From: Styela clava
Lineage: Eukaryota
Direction: 5' to 3'
Assembly (NCBI RefSeq): GCF_964204865.1
Contig: NC_135253.1
Coordinates: 10,106,001 to 10,170,000 of the forward strand
Length of the DNA stretch: 64,000 bases
Below the pieces are notes generated by a model that was not told the origin of the DNA, made no database searches, and was given only the letters and a program-made list of their open reading frames with translations. A program made the position numbers and the translations under genes. This document shows, piece after piece, positions 41,316 to 53,959 of this stretch. Position 1 is the stretch's first letter. Each line of letters starts with the position of its first letter.

Positions 41316-42370
41316 TCGAAAATGGGTTATAGAATATGCAAAAATCAGCTATCAGTAGGCTACTTTGTGATGGCCGGCGATTAAAATATTTGAATCAAAA
41401 TGAACATGTACCGGTAAATCATTTTCATGTAAGCACCAACTCGCAAATTTTGCCAACGTTAAGTGTAATACAAAATGTTTGGGTCATAACTTGGGGGAAA
41501 TTACAACCTGCATTTACTTTACATTTGGACTCCTTGCAGCACAACATGTTCATTATTTAGGACAAGACGAATGTTATGGCGCGATTTTTTTATCTCTCGT
41601 TTATACAGTAATATCTTGTGCAATATCGCAGTCTTTTTGATGTTTTTAAACTTGGCATAGGCGGTACGGTACCTGATTTCTATCGTGCGCAATTTTGTGA
41701 CTAGACTTATTGGAAATCTCGAAATACGATTTTTTGCACTGGGAGCTATTTGTTAAAAGTGTTGTGGAAATTCACAGAGGCGCAGTTCTTACCACTTCAT
41801 GGCAGCTCCTGCCACGAACGTACCACGCCGTCTCTTGCCATGGTTATTAGCAAACCGTGGCAAGTGTGTATATACCGCGGCGATGGCAAAAAGTACTGCC
41901 GTTACCGCGGCAGCTTTGCCATGGTTTCAGGGCAGCTTCGGAAAATATTTACCTGTATGCCTTATTATCATGTATGTTGCAGTATCTGGGGTTTTTGTAC
42001 TATGGATAATGGCAGGTGGGTATGGTATCAATGTGCCTCATTAGTGCGTTGCGACTTTGGTAATTTCAGTTACAGAGTCGTAAGATTTGTGAGCTGTTAT
42101 CCATGCAAGCCTCTGTCTTTTAACAATCACTCTGACTTTTTGATAGCTAGATAGTCTGCCAGTACAGCAGTAGGGTAATGCCAGAATGCGGTACCGGTAA
42201 TCTAGGTACCTTACTGCCCTATTTCTGTATCTCCAAATTTCTAGTATTCACGAGGTAGCCTACGATAAGTTGAATTATATTTTAATTTGGCTGTGTAGAC
42301 TATGTGTACTGAAGTATCTACCAGTATCTTCATATATGTTTAGATCTAGAAACACCTTATTAAGTAATAA

Positions 42371-45300
42371 ATGGCAGATACTTCTGTACTTATTTTAAGA
42401 CAAAATCAGAAAATTTTGATGATTTGTGCATAAAAGTGAATGATTTTTACCAATGCATACTATGTATCGGAGTATCATTTACAACACCAGGTGGCTTACA
42501 ACACCACCTGAAAACTCAACATATCAAATATGCTGTTCATATCATCAATGGGGATGAAAGAGGTATGTATACAGTATTACTGGTACAGCCTATAATTACT
42601 GAATATTTTCGTTGTGATGACTGGTCATTTTATAAGTCGGTATATCTTCAAATATTTTAGCTTTCATTATGCCTTGTAGAAGAGATTGTATGAAACGAGG
42701 AACAAGTGCTTTGACCAGGAGTCACTATCATTGTCCTTCCTGTGAAAAAATATTTGGACGGAGAAATTCTATGATTGACCACAGGAGGCTTACTAAGAGT
42801 AAGGGTTAAAACTATTTTGTGGCTTATTTCTTGCAAATAGAGTACCTAGCTATAACACAGTAACTTTGGAATTTCAATGTTTTGTGTAGATTGTTTGGGT
42901 GTGATTGAAAGTGAAGAAGTCAGGGATATGGACATAGATTCTAAAAACAAAAGTTCAGAAAGTCTATGTGAAGGTAAGCTAATGATTGAAAAGATGTTCT
43001 AATGGATATTTAGCAAGTATTAGGTATTGAGTTGGTGTCCGCTTATAGATATGAGAGCATAAATAATTGTTTATTGCATGTCAAGAAAACTCGTGCATTG
43101 AAATTTTGTGATTTGTATCTATTTCTTTACCACTTTTACATGATTCATTTTCATTCGATATTTTTTTCACATTTTTAGACCTTGTTCGTTTACATACTTT
43201 TACTTTACAGGTACTTTCAACTTTCAATGCATACCTTGTGACAAGCGCTTTAGGCATCAGTCGTCATTGAGGCGACATGCTCAACTTAAACACAATGCAA
43301 CTCAGCTTTTACCGAGCGTATGTGTTGACACATTCAATGGAATCTATATGTTGCTCAAAGTGATTCTGGCCCACTTGCTCCAATTCATGTTCAAAAGCAC
43401 ACATTGAAACAAAAAATTATGTGCACTGATGACGACTGTATTTCAATTATCAAAGCCATTTCAACAGTCAATCCAGGAATCCAATGTCGACATTTGGACT
43501 CTATCTCTGAATCTTCAATTTTAACGACAAACAAACTGCAACTGTCATCGCTAAACCGACTAAGGGAATTTAATATATCGAATGATTCGTCGGTTCAATG
43601 GTGCAAAAATATGAAGGAAATCAGTGAAAAGGATTGCTGCACTCTTGTAGCCCTTGTTGATTTTTCAACAATGGGTTTCGAAACAAGAACAATCTATTTT
43701 TCCGTTTACACTGAAAAAATTCAATATTTTGCACCATTGAAGAGGGTAAGAGTTTCTTTCAATAAAGATAATGGGGAATTTTCGTGTCATTGTATGGTTT
43801 AAACTTCTTATTGGTATAAAATACGAATTTTGTATTTCGACCAAATAATTTTGCCTAAGTCGAAACGTTAGATAATAGCCTGTGATATTATACCCAGATA
43901 TTTAAATCATGCTTCTATGTTTTATTCCTTAACAACTATTTTTACGAGTTATTATAAATGTTTGCACAGCAACTGAATTATTCATCAAGGAATGTGCTGA
44001 ATGTGGAATGGAAGTTAGATATCAAGAATATGAAGAAGGTTTTCATAATTTTGACAATAGTGTTTTATTGAGTCTCAAGTTGTGTTGTTATTTACTGCGT
44101 GGACTGAAAGTGAGTTATTGATTATTGCCGTTTACTGGTCTATTATGGACAAAGCAGCTCAAAGGCGTGTGCTAAATTCACATAAATATTTGTTCTATTG
44201 CATTATTTGTTCTGGTCAAATATGGTTTGCAAGGTTATACTATAAAATACAATTTTAATTCCACTGTTTAGAATCATATCTCAATCGAGAGCAATCTAAA
44301 AATGTTGTTCATCGAAACTATTCCTTATAATAAGATCAGGAATGCGTTCTTGCATTTTTTGGCTCTCCAAGACTATCAATACGACTTTTGTTGCTTGAAA
44401 TGTGGAATATATCCAACAGTGCTGATATGTGATGGTAATTGGAAAAACACGTGCAGAAGACCAGGTAACATTAGCAACATTATTTGGCTGCGCATTTAAA
44501 ACATAGCTGATGAAATATCACAAGCTGTAAATTTGGTATTTCGTTTACATACAGTTGGAGCCGTTGACAAAACCCAAAATACTTGTGACCTCATTGATGT
44601 AGACGCAACTTGGGAAAAATATCAGATGGAAATTATAGGAAGAGGATTTTATGGTCAGGAATACATTTACTTACTTGAATTATGCGTACAGATCTATCTC
44701 GTGGACAATCCGACAGTATCAATACCACGTTGTTTTGTTTAAAAACATTCAAGTGGCCTAGTTTATCATAATTATGGAAATTTGACACTAAAATTATTAA
44801 TTAACTTTATTTGGTTTTTACCTAGCTTTTATTTTAAATTTTTCTTTGCTTTTGTTCACGTTTCACATGTTATTTGATAGTTTCTGTATTAGTTTATGTA
44901 TCCAGTTCACTGATCTCAACCTTATGAATAACCAGGCTGTAAGGAGAATCCATGGAAAGTGGAAATAATGTACAACACAGTTGCACCTTGGATATCTCCA
45001 GAATGCCGATTTTCAAGTGAAGTCCCAAATACAGAGCATAGGAAAGGATTTATTCTTAACAAGCCAGTTGTTGAAAAGCCTCTAGCCTACTCCAAAGTCT
45101 CTCATGAAGATATTCTCCAAGCTATAAAGTATAAACTCTCCTCTTGTAGGCATACTTTTTTCTACCTTTTTGTCTCACAAATAGTCAAAAATGACCAAAT
45201 GCCTTGATTTAAAAACAAAAATTTGACACTGCAATAATTACAATAGTTTTTGTTTTAATTTTGGTGTTTATACTGTACAGATATATATATTTTAAAACTA

Positions 45301-48300
45301 TAGCTATATATTTAAAAACTATTATTTGAGGCAATTGCTCTTATTTTGCAGACATCTGATTCTCGTTTGATAGACTTGTGTGAAGTCTTGGGTATAAGTA
45401 GCAAAGGGAGTTCAGAAGACCTTGTTAATACTTTGAATGAGCTGGTTCTGTTTAAGGATGTATGCCCTAAGATGTACAAAAGCATAAAACATTGCGGTGG
45501 TTGGTATTATTGTTTTATTAAAGAAATGTTTATCTTACTTAGGTCTAATGTCAATGGTTGCATTTTTGCTGTATTTATCTTTTCTACATTATCGCTATGA
45601 TTTATTACAATGTAATACTAAAGAGCAATGGATAACTTTTCTTATTTATATCTTGTGCAGCTGACAATGATTTGGGATTTTGCTGCATGATCAAATGGCT
45701 TGAAAGAGATTTTCATCATTATTTTTTAGGAGGGATTGTACATTTTCGTTGCCCACATGGGATATGCTATTATATGAAATATCTTCTAAGACAGGGAAGT
45801 GCTAGAGATTATATTGACGGAATATTGTCCCTGAAGAGACAACCTCATGCTATAATATCTGACATTGCTTCCCAAGTGAGTTCTTTTTAGTTTAAGTCAC
45901 TGTGGATATACATATTTTTAAATATTCTATATTTGATATACAAAAGTATTCACAAATAATGTGTAATTTATATTAATATTAAGGGAACTTTGATACTGTG
46001 TATTAAACTGCAGGTCCTTTCTCCTTGTTTACTTTCTACTTCGGATCCGTATGTGGTACTCCGAATATGCGCTATTCGATTAAGTTATCTCTTGTATTGT
46101 TTGAAGAAGTTAGACCATGATCTAACGAAAGCTCACAAATATACTTACTGTTTCGTTGAAAGAGATCATTTCACTTATATTAATATGTTTTGTTCATTCC
46201 TCCAACTTTGGTCAGAATACTCTTCAAACACTATTATCTGTTTTCAGGTAGCCCATCATGGCGAGGCTAGAAAAAGGGGTATTTTTGGGCCTGATAAAGG
46301 AATGCTGTTTGCATATACTGACAAAAATCTTGAATTGGAAAAACATGGCTCTCTACCACAGGTCAAACTGGATGCTCATAAAAAATACAGCCTCTGTGAT
46401 AGGTTCCATACAAGATCGAAGAAAAAGACCGCAGAAAATTCTTTTCGCAACTTGAAGTACTGCTCTGATTTGAACATAAATACCAGTGTGGCAGAGCAGG
46501 AAAATGCTCACATGGCAAAAGATAGGCAAGCTTCCATCTTATTCAACCACCCCTCTTTTTTTTAATATATTTATATTGTGAAGTGAACCAGGGTATGGTG
46601 GCCTCGAAATGACAGTACAAGAGCTTCCGAAACACTGTTGTATATGTGACCTAAATCAATGCACAATATTCAGAAAACTGATGACTGAGGTTTTCGAGGA
46701 ATATCTTTCAACAAACCAATTTTTTGTCCAGAGGGTTTGTTTGTTTGCTAGATGGGAAATTTCTCCAGTTCAGATACCAATTGTGGCATGTCGTATTTGA
46801 CATTTTTCATACTATTCAGTGATTGGCCATTAATACACAAATGCTTCAATCGAGGATGTATTGATAGTTTGCTTATTGAAAAGATATTGTTAATGGTAGA
46901 TGGATCATATTACTATTTAACTCATGTTGTGATGTACATTGTCGATTATTTTGAGGCAATAAAGCATGACCATTTAATGTTAATAGGCAGAAAATTAATT
47001 TGATGCTATGACACGTATAAAAAAACTCAAGATAGTTGGAAATTGATATTTTACTGAGAAGAATCGCTTGAATATTGACATGTTTTAAGAGTTCATGCTG
47101 TGCGAATATGTTTGGTAAAATGCTTTACAACCTTACTTGTAGATCTTCAGTTTGCTCTATGGACACTACCAATTTCCTTTGGCTTTCGCGAGTTAGCATT
47201 AACCTGCGTAATAAAGACATAAACTCAACATATGAAAAAAAAATGAAGACTCAAGTTGGAAATAAAATTCGGAGGAATCATGAAGGAATTGCTATACCAG
47301 ATGTTAAAGGTACATGATTTTCATGTTATTGAGTAATGTGGATATATTTTCTCACTACACACCTCATTTTAGGTAACGTTTTAGATGGAACCAGTGGATC
47401 GGTCACAGAGGTATGCATGTATTATTAAATTTGGTTTCATGTGAATGCATAGTATTGTAAAATAAAAGTAGAATAAGACATTTACGATTTATAAAGGTCT
47501 GCTTTTGCGGTTTCCGACAATATCATTAATCAAGTATAAAAGATATCTTTAAAATGTTAATGGCTTTATGTTATCCCATTCTTTCGAGTTATCGTAAATG
47601 TACAAACCTGTAAATGAATTGTAGCAATTTCTTAGTTATACTATGTAATGCTTTTTTCTAATATAAGATTTAGGAAGGAATTAAACAGAATTCTATTATA
47701 TGTGTCTTATAATTCATGCTACTACCTACCTACATCGATTATATTTCCTGAGGTTTGAAAATTTAGGAAGAATTACTCATCGACGAAGATGATGAAGCTA
47801 TGAATGAGGTAGTTGCCAACCCTGAAGACAATGTGTACTCTGAAAATATAGTGAGATAATTTTTTTCTTGCTCTTACCGCTTTTGTATTATAATGCATTG
47901 TATCGAGTTTGATATGTGGAGTTATGAATTTTTTGCATGATGGTATTGATCAAATTATCTATGCCAGGAGTCTCCAAAACGCTGCCCATGAGGCAATTTT
48001 TCGGCCTGCGTCACGGTTGAGATTTTTCCACAAAACTGAAATAGTACGATGTTCACTATGAGTGAGTTTTATCATGTTATTTGACATCAGGAGTCTGGCC
48101 TGACAAACTATAATAGGTGAAACAAACATTCCCCCCTATTCCACTTTATTGCGCTCATATTTCATTGTATTGTTTTAATTAACTTGTAAATTCAAGAATT
48201 TCATTCTGCATTATTTATTATAACGAAATAAACGAGTTTCGGTCACATAATTGTGTTCGAAGAAAGCTTCGCAAAGTTAATTTATTGTGTCATATTTTTT

Positions 48301-51300
48301 TTCAAATTCCTACTTCCTATTAAAGCAGAGTGGAATGACTACTGGAACAGTGTCACAATATCAAGAAGATCAGACATTTTGGTAAGTATTTGCATTTAGA
48401 GGATGAGTATACCATGTGTTTCAACGATGTAATGATTAAAATGAATATTTAACGATGCTTTATATGGTACATTCTTCAATCTCATAATATGCTGAAGCCT
48501 TCAAAGAAGTTTATATTTCTATTAAAATGTCATCCACAATTTTCAGTCTTTCTTACTTTATCTTCATACTTATGGGTCAAACTTTTCATTGCAGTTCAGC
48601 AAAAATGAAATCAACTTCATGCAGTGATGGTAATATTTATGACTCCGAGAATAAAGGTGGGAGTTACTTGGTTTATCGTTAAGATGTCTTGGTATAATAC
48701 TTATCTCTAATTATTCATTTACATTTTTCAGATAGTGATGAATCAAGAAAATGTCTTTTTCTGCCTGCCAAATTTAATGGTAAATTTTATAATATTCATT
48801 GTATTGAATTTTTCTTTAAAATTTGATATATTTTGGTAATTGTCTGAATGATAGTTTTTTGAGCAATAGCTGATCTCCTTCTATATGACAATACTTTGAT
48901 TTTATGAGGTTATTATGAGGCGTTATTATTCAATGAATGATTCAGTTTTGTTATCAGTCATAGCGTTGCAATTACGTGTTACTGATAATGCTATGCATAA
49001 TATTATCTTAAGAACTCAGTGTGTACATAACAAAGGAACTGTACAGCCATGTTCATAGTTTGGAAATCACTCAGATGTTATGCATGTACACAAGTACTAA
49101 TTTATACAGGAGTATTACCATCAGAATGTAACCATCATTTCTAGTTTGTGTAAGATTGTTTATAAAATTGAACTTATAGTTTTTCAATAATTATTTTTAT
49201 TTCAAATGCTACCAACTTTGCTGAAGATAATAGATGGAATAATTGCAGCTCTTTGTCATAAGGTATGTCTTTTAGTATTGTTCATCTCTGTATTCCATGT
49301 GGAACTGTGACATCTCCATAAATTATATTTCAGTCCGAAATTTCTTATTAGTGACTCAGTTTATTATTATGTTAATCTTTCTAAATCAACTTGTTTTTAG
49401 TGGACCAGTCATACTCAATATAGCGCTCTGTCTGCATTATATTCCACAATGTGGTTTTGGGAGGGGATTTATCGTCGAAAGTACAAAAGTTTGGTAAAAT
49501 AACATGTTTATTATTTTTGATCATTGTTTATTCGCTTTCGTTACCATCCTATTTTACATCCAGGCCAAGTTGACTATTGAAAAACCAACTATGAGTGCTG
49601 TGAACCATGGCAATCACTGGACTCTAATGGTAGGTAAATTGCTAGATCTTTGTTAATTTAAATGAAATTCTTTAGGAAAATTTTCTTCTCAAATGCAATT
49701 ACAAAATGTTTCAATATATCACGTCAAAACAAATATGGCATATTCTGTATTGTATTGCTCTTCAAACCAGAAATTCTTCTACTCTTGTGAACAAAGTTTC
49801 ATGTTTTCAGATTACAGATCCATCTCAAGGGAGTGTCATTATTTATGACCCTGTTGGCCATGAAGAGAGTTATGCTGAAACGCTGATGGAGAATTGGAGG
49901 TTTGTGGTTTTCTGCTTGACTAAATGATTATTGGCTTGTAAACACTCACAGATTCATTTTAAATTATCATGCCCTTATTGAGTTCAACGATAGAACATCA
50001 ATGTTTTAGTCATGCATTCAAATCTCTACTAGTGTTATCTGAATTTTAAAACATCAAAAACAGATTACCGAAACTGTATGGATCGTACGAGTTTTTTGCA
50101 CTGAGATTGCAAGCTAGGTATGAAAGCGCATATTAGCAAGAATATGCAGTTCTCAGAACACTTCAAAAAAAAGTTAAGGATCTAGAAATGAAATTGTTCC
50201 TATGTGTTGTGACTTGTGGGACTAATCAGGGCTGTTCTTTTTTTTACGTTTTCTCCCAGGAAATTTTGGAAATACCATGGAGGTGACAAAAGAGATTGGA
50301 GACTGTTAACAAACAAGCATAGGGAACAAGAAGATGGGTTCAATTGTGGAATTTTGGTTGTGAAGGTACATCGGGTCCAATTTGTTTTTATAGTGGTATT
50401 ATTAAACTGATAAGGATGCACACAGGCTCATTACGGTAGATCTTTAAATTTTCATTTATATTTGTGAGTAAACATTTACTACTAGTAGTACTTTATATTG
50501 ATACCACCACCATTCAACTGGAACCTTATTTTTAAATCATCTCATTGGTGCAAATCTATAGAAATATGAGTTGTTTTATTTTTTTACATTCTAGGCTGCC
50601 GAAGCAATCTTAACAGGTTGTACAACGGATTTCAATCATTCGACAGGCATCTGTAATGTCTACAGAATCCATTTTGGAGACCTTCTGTTGGAAGCCACAG
50701 GTGCATTATTATTTTATTAACTAGGTCTAAGCATAAGTCATTTTTATTCAAGTGTGGAGAGCAGTGCTGGAAGTCGAGTAACAACTAGCACCATAACATC
50801 TATGCGGTCACAGATATGTTGGTAGCACACAGCTATATTTTGATGATATTTAGAACTTTCTTTTGAACATGGCTAAGTGGGTTATAAAACTCAGAGCCCA
50901 GAGCTTTAATTTGATGATGTTGAAAAATGGAATGGAAAAGGAAGTTAATTAAGTATCGGATTGAGGTCAATATTGATCGTGTATGCAAAGAAATTTTACT
51001 CATTTTTGCGGTTGGTTAGAATCTGAGGAGGAATATACATGACTATATTAGTTAGGTATTTGCAATCCTACATTTGTTTTCCTTCATCTTTTAGATGTTG
51101 ATGAGCTGGCACACTTTTGTGTGGGCTGTAATGGCAGGACTGCCCCTGATGGTGGCACACTTTGGGTAAGGTCAAACATTTTCCTTATGGATGCAGTTTT
51201 GATGGATAAAGTAAAGTAATAATTTTGTTGTAGGTCGAATGTGATGGATGCGAAAGGTGGTGCCACCAATATTGCGCAGATTTTGCGGGTAACGAAGATT

Positions 51301-51323
51301 TTTTCTGTGAACACTGCACATAA
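42371..51323 (+). pseudogene. Zisupton-type polyprotein gene: C2H2 fingers, partial SWIM, Cys cluster, KDZ transposase with SAP insert, Ulp1 (C48) protease, PHD finger; contains lesions
   Basis: Exons ~42400-42562, 42661-42798, 42890-42973, 43211-43791, 43970-44109, 44272-44464, 44555-44653, 44936-45129, 45352-45499, 45730-45875, 46248-46525, 47143-47309, 47373-47410, 47767-47850, 48329-48381, 48595-48656, 48732-48779, (49013-49127 unresolved), 49227-49262, 49401-49493, 49564-49629, 49811-49899, 50260-50365, 50595-50700, 51095-51165, 51234-51323. Motifs: SHYHCPSC, RYQEYEEGFHNFD, VLICDGN, APWI, CPHG, IISD, DRFH, NTSVAEQ, NHW, YDP, QEDGFNCG, WVECDGCERWCHQYC...FFCEHC. AATAAA at 51351. The start codon is uncertain. 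Confidence 0.85.
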
Positions 51324-52146
51324 AACTTAAGTTTTTGTGTAATTTTCTTTAATAAAATTTAATAACATGCACAATGTCATACTTCTTTTTTGGAATTTGA
51401 TGTTCGCTAGTTGAGGTTCCTCATCTGCCTGTAAATATTATAGAAATATTCGAGAATTGTCTTAACAAATAGTTGACATATCTAAGTGGCTTTGTCATAA
51501 AAGGATTCCAGTGTCAACGATGGAGATAGTGAGTGTGCAAGAAGCTAGCTGTGGTACACAATCAGCTTTAAATTATTGCAACAACAAACCCTTATGTTGG
51601 GTAATTTATGAGAGCATTACCCTCTCTCTTTTTTATCGCATGCAATCCATTTCTTGTTTTCACGGATTGCCCTCACCCCCCACTACACCCCTAAAACGAG
51701 AGAGACTGGCATGTTTTCATTTTAAGTTAAAAGTTATCTGTCTGTATTGGGAAATCAGAAACGAAGAGAAAATAATATGTTGTTACTGCATATAATTAAT
51801 GCAACTGGTTATAATTTGTCCCTGAAAAAATGGATGTAGTGCCACATTATAAAATACTTCCATTCCCGTTTTCTTACAAAGAGTGGCTTTTTCGGGGTAA
51901 AGGAAAAATTCAAGTGGTACCGGTTCGCAGAAAGTAGAAGGTTGAGAACCCCTACTGTAGATGAATCGCCTAGCAGGGTAAATGCAATTTTAATCAAACC
52001 CAACCGACACAATTTTACTCTGGTAGTACTGCGATCTAATTTGAATCAATATGACTAAAAAAGACACAGCGCAAATGATATACAACATTATTTATTGCCA
52101 GAGGAAGTAATGGCACCTTACTTCCAACCAGCCATTACTTCCTAAC

Positions 52147-52895
52147 CAGAGTTGGATCAATTACACTAATTCAGTTCAATTACAAATACAACTACTCCTG
52201 TACTCCCTTAAATGTTTCAATTACATTACAATTACTCCGTGCAAAAAATATCAAACTGCATTTACAATTATAACATTTTGGTTCGTATTTACATTTTCCC
52301 TTGCTCAAGAACTGTTGGATTGCACTTAATGAAGATTAGGCTGCGAAAAGTTTCTGAACCCAATAAATTTCTTCATGCTGTATAAAAGTTATCCGCAATT
52401 GAAAAAACTCTTTCTGACGGGGCTGATGTTGCTGTAATTCAGCGTGGGAAATTTTTCTGATTTCTTCTTCCAATACATTAATTGGTCTTCATCAAATTGC
52501 AAAATTTCTTCCCCCAAATAGCTATTTACATCACTTTCTGATTTTCTTGGTCCTTTCCTCTATTTATAGATATAGATGGGGAGAACATCTCTTCAAGTGC
52601 GTTTGATGAAGCCTTTTTTGAAGTTGTTACAGCCTGCCTCAGTGCTGCTCAAAGATTTAAAAAACTCTGACAATGGTGCAAGAAGTGGTTCAACACATGT
52701 TTCGGAAGAGTTTGTTTAATGTTCATCCATTTTCAAAATACTAAGATTTAGTCTAATTGAAAGTGTAATTGAGCCAGAATTTTAGCAAATTACAGTTATG
52801 ATTACACAGAATGAAAATGCCTCCATTCAGTCATTACATTACAATTACATAAAAAACTGTAAATAATACCATAAATTACAAATGATCCAACTCTG
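52147..52895 (-). mobile_element. Internally deleted hAT (Ac-like) element nested in the right arm of the Zisupton
   Basis: TIRs cagagttggatca / tgatccaactctg with aattac subterminal repeats. A minus-strand remnant ATSAPSERVFSIA...RNLLGSETFRSLIFIKCN matches the hAT C-terminal dimerisation motif. Near-TSD cttcctaac / cttccaac. Confidence 0.85.
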
Positions 52896-53959
52896 CTTCC
52901 AACTGCACCCTACCGGTACTTCAAAGCAATATACACCCAATGCTGACTTCATTTGTAACGCCAAATCATTTCCTTATTACTCTTGAATGCAAACAAAACA
53001 ACAAACAACACTGAATGCTAATCTCGGTTCTTCAGTTGATGGCAGCAACCAACTTGTCGCCGCGCTCCCCGTTATCCCGCCGTGGTAATGCGCAATTAAC
53101 CACAAGGTTCCCCGCTATCTTCCACTGTTCATGGCGAGAAATCTTTCGCTACCACAGGTTATTCCTACCTGCCGTAACCGCGGCAGCTCCTGCCGTGGTT
53201 ACGGCAGCTCTTGCCGTGGTTACGGCAGCGTAACTACGGTTCATGGCAGTATAATTTCACCTGCCGTGGTTTTCAATTTGCTGCCGTGGTACCCCGCCTC
53301 ACGCCATTGTTTGTGGCAGCTTGAAAGTTAGCCGCCGTGGTTTGGTCATTGTGGCCATGGTTTGGAGATTCCGCCATGGTTTTGCGGCAGCTTCAGATGC
53401 CGCGAAATACTTAAAACTGCACTTGAATTCACAAGTAATATTTTTTCGATGTAATTTCTTGGACATGGATAAGTAATTGAAATCGAGATAAAACAATAAG
53501 CAGATATTAATTAATATCATGAGTAGCCTATGTTTATATTTTAGTAGACTACTTTGAAAAAAAATGGAAAGATCTATTGAACATCCCTGCATGCTGCATC
53601 CAACTAATCCCATACGATACAGCGATATGGAATGGTAACCGGACGAGAGGCCGTAGTTCGGCTTTCCTCTCTCCCGGGATAAATATATATAAATTCTTAT
53701 CCAAATAATTTCTGTAAGCTACCATCAGAATAACATTTTGCATGAAACAAGCTTCATAAATTCTAGTTTAAAGGAATAATGGAGCTTCTTTCTGTATTTT
53801 GAGTCCCAAATAGTTGCTAAGTACCATACTAATATTGTAATTATTGAATAAAAATACATCCATTGGAAAGATGAAAACCGCAATGTTTGAACTGTAAGAA
53901 TTTGTTATTCATCCTCTCTTTTCTTACTTTTGTCTGTTTGTATTAGCCATTAACAAGAA

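Larger units (their letters stand above)
41310..53680 (+). mobile_element. Zisupton / KDZ-superfamily DNA transposon (boundaries approximate)
   Basis: A multi-exon zinc-finger/KDZ transposase/SUMO-protease gene is flanked by GC-rich motif arrays (41790-41940, 53040-53400) and patchy inverted similarity. No TSD was identified. Confidence 0.8.

Noticed and set aside
41750-42154. 134-aa and 81-aa ORFs in the left GC-rich island
   Set aside because: They are by-products of the GC-rich subterminal motif array and have no recognisable domain or splice context.
53015-53400. Repeats with spacers that superficially resemble a CRISPR array, and the Ala/Val-rich ORFs over them
   Set aside because: The context is eukaryotic, the motifs are short with irregular spacing, and there are no cas genes. 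Transposon subterminal repeats explain them better.
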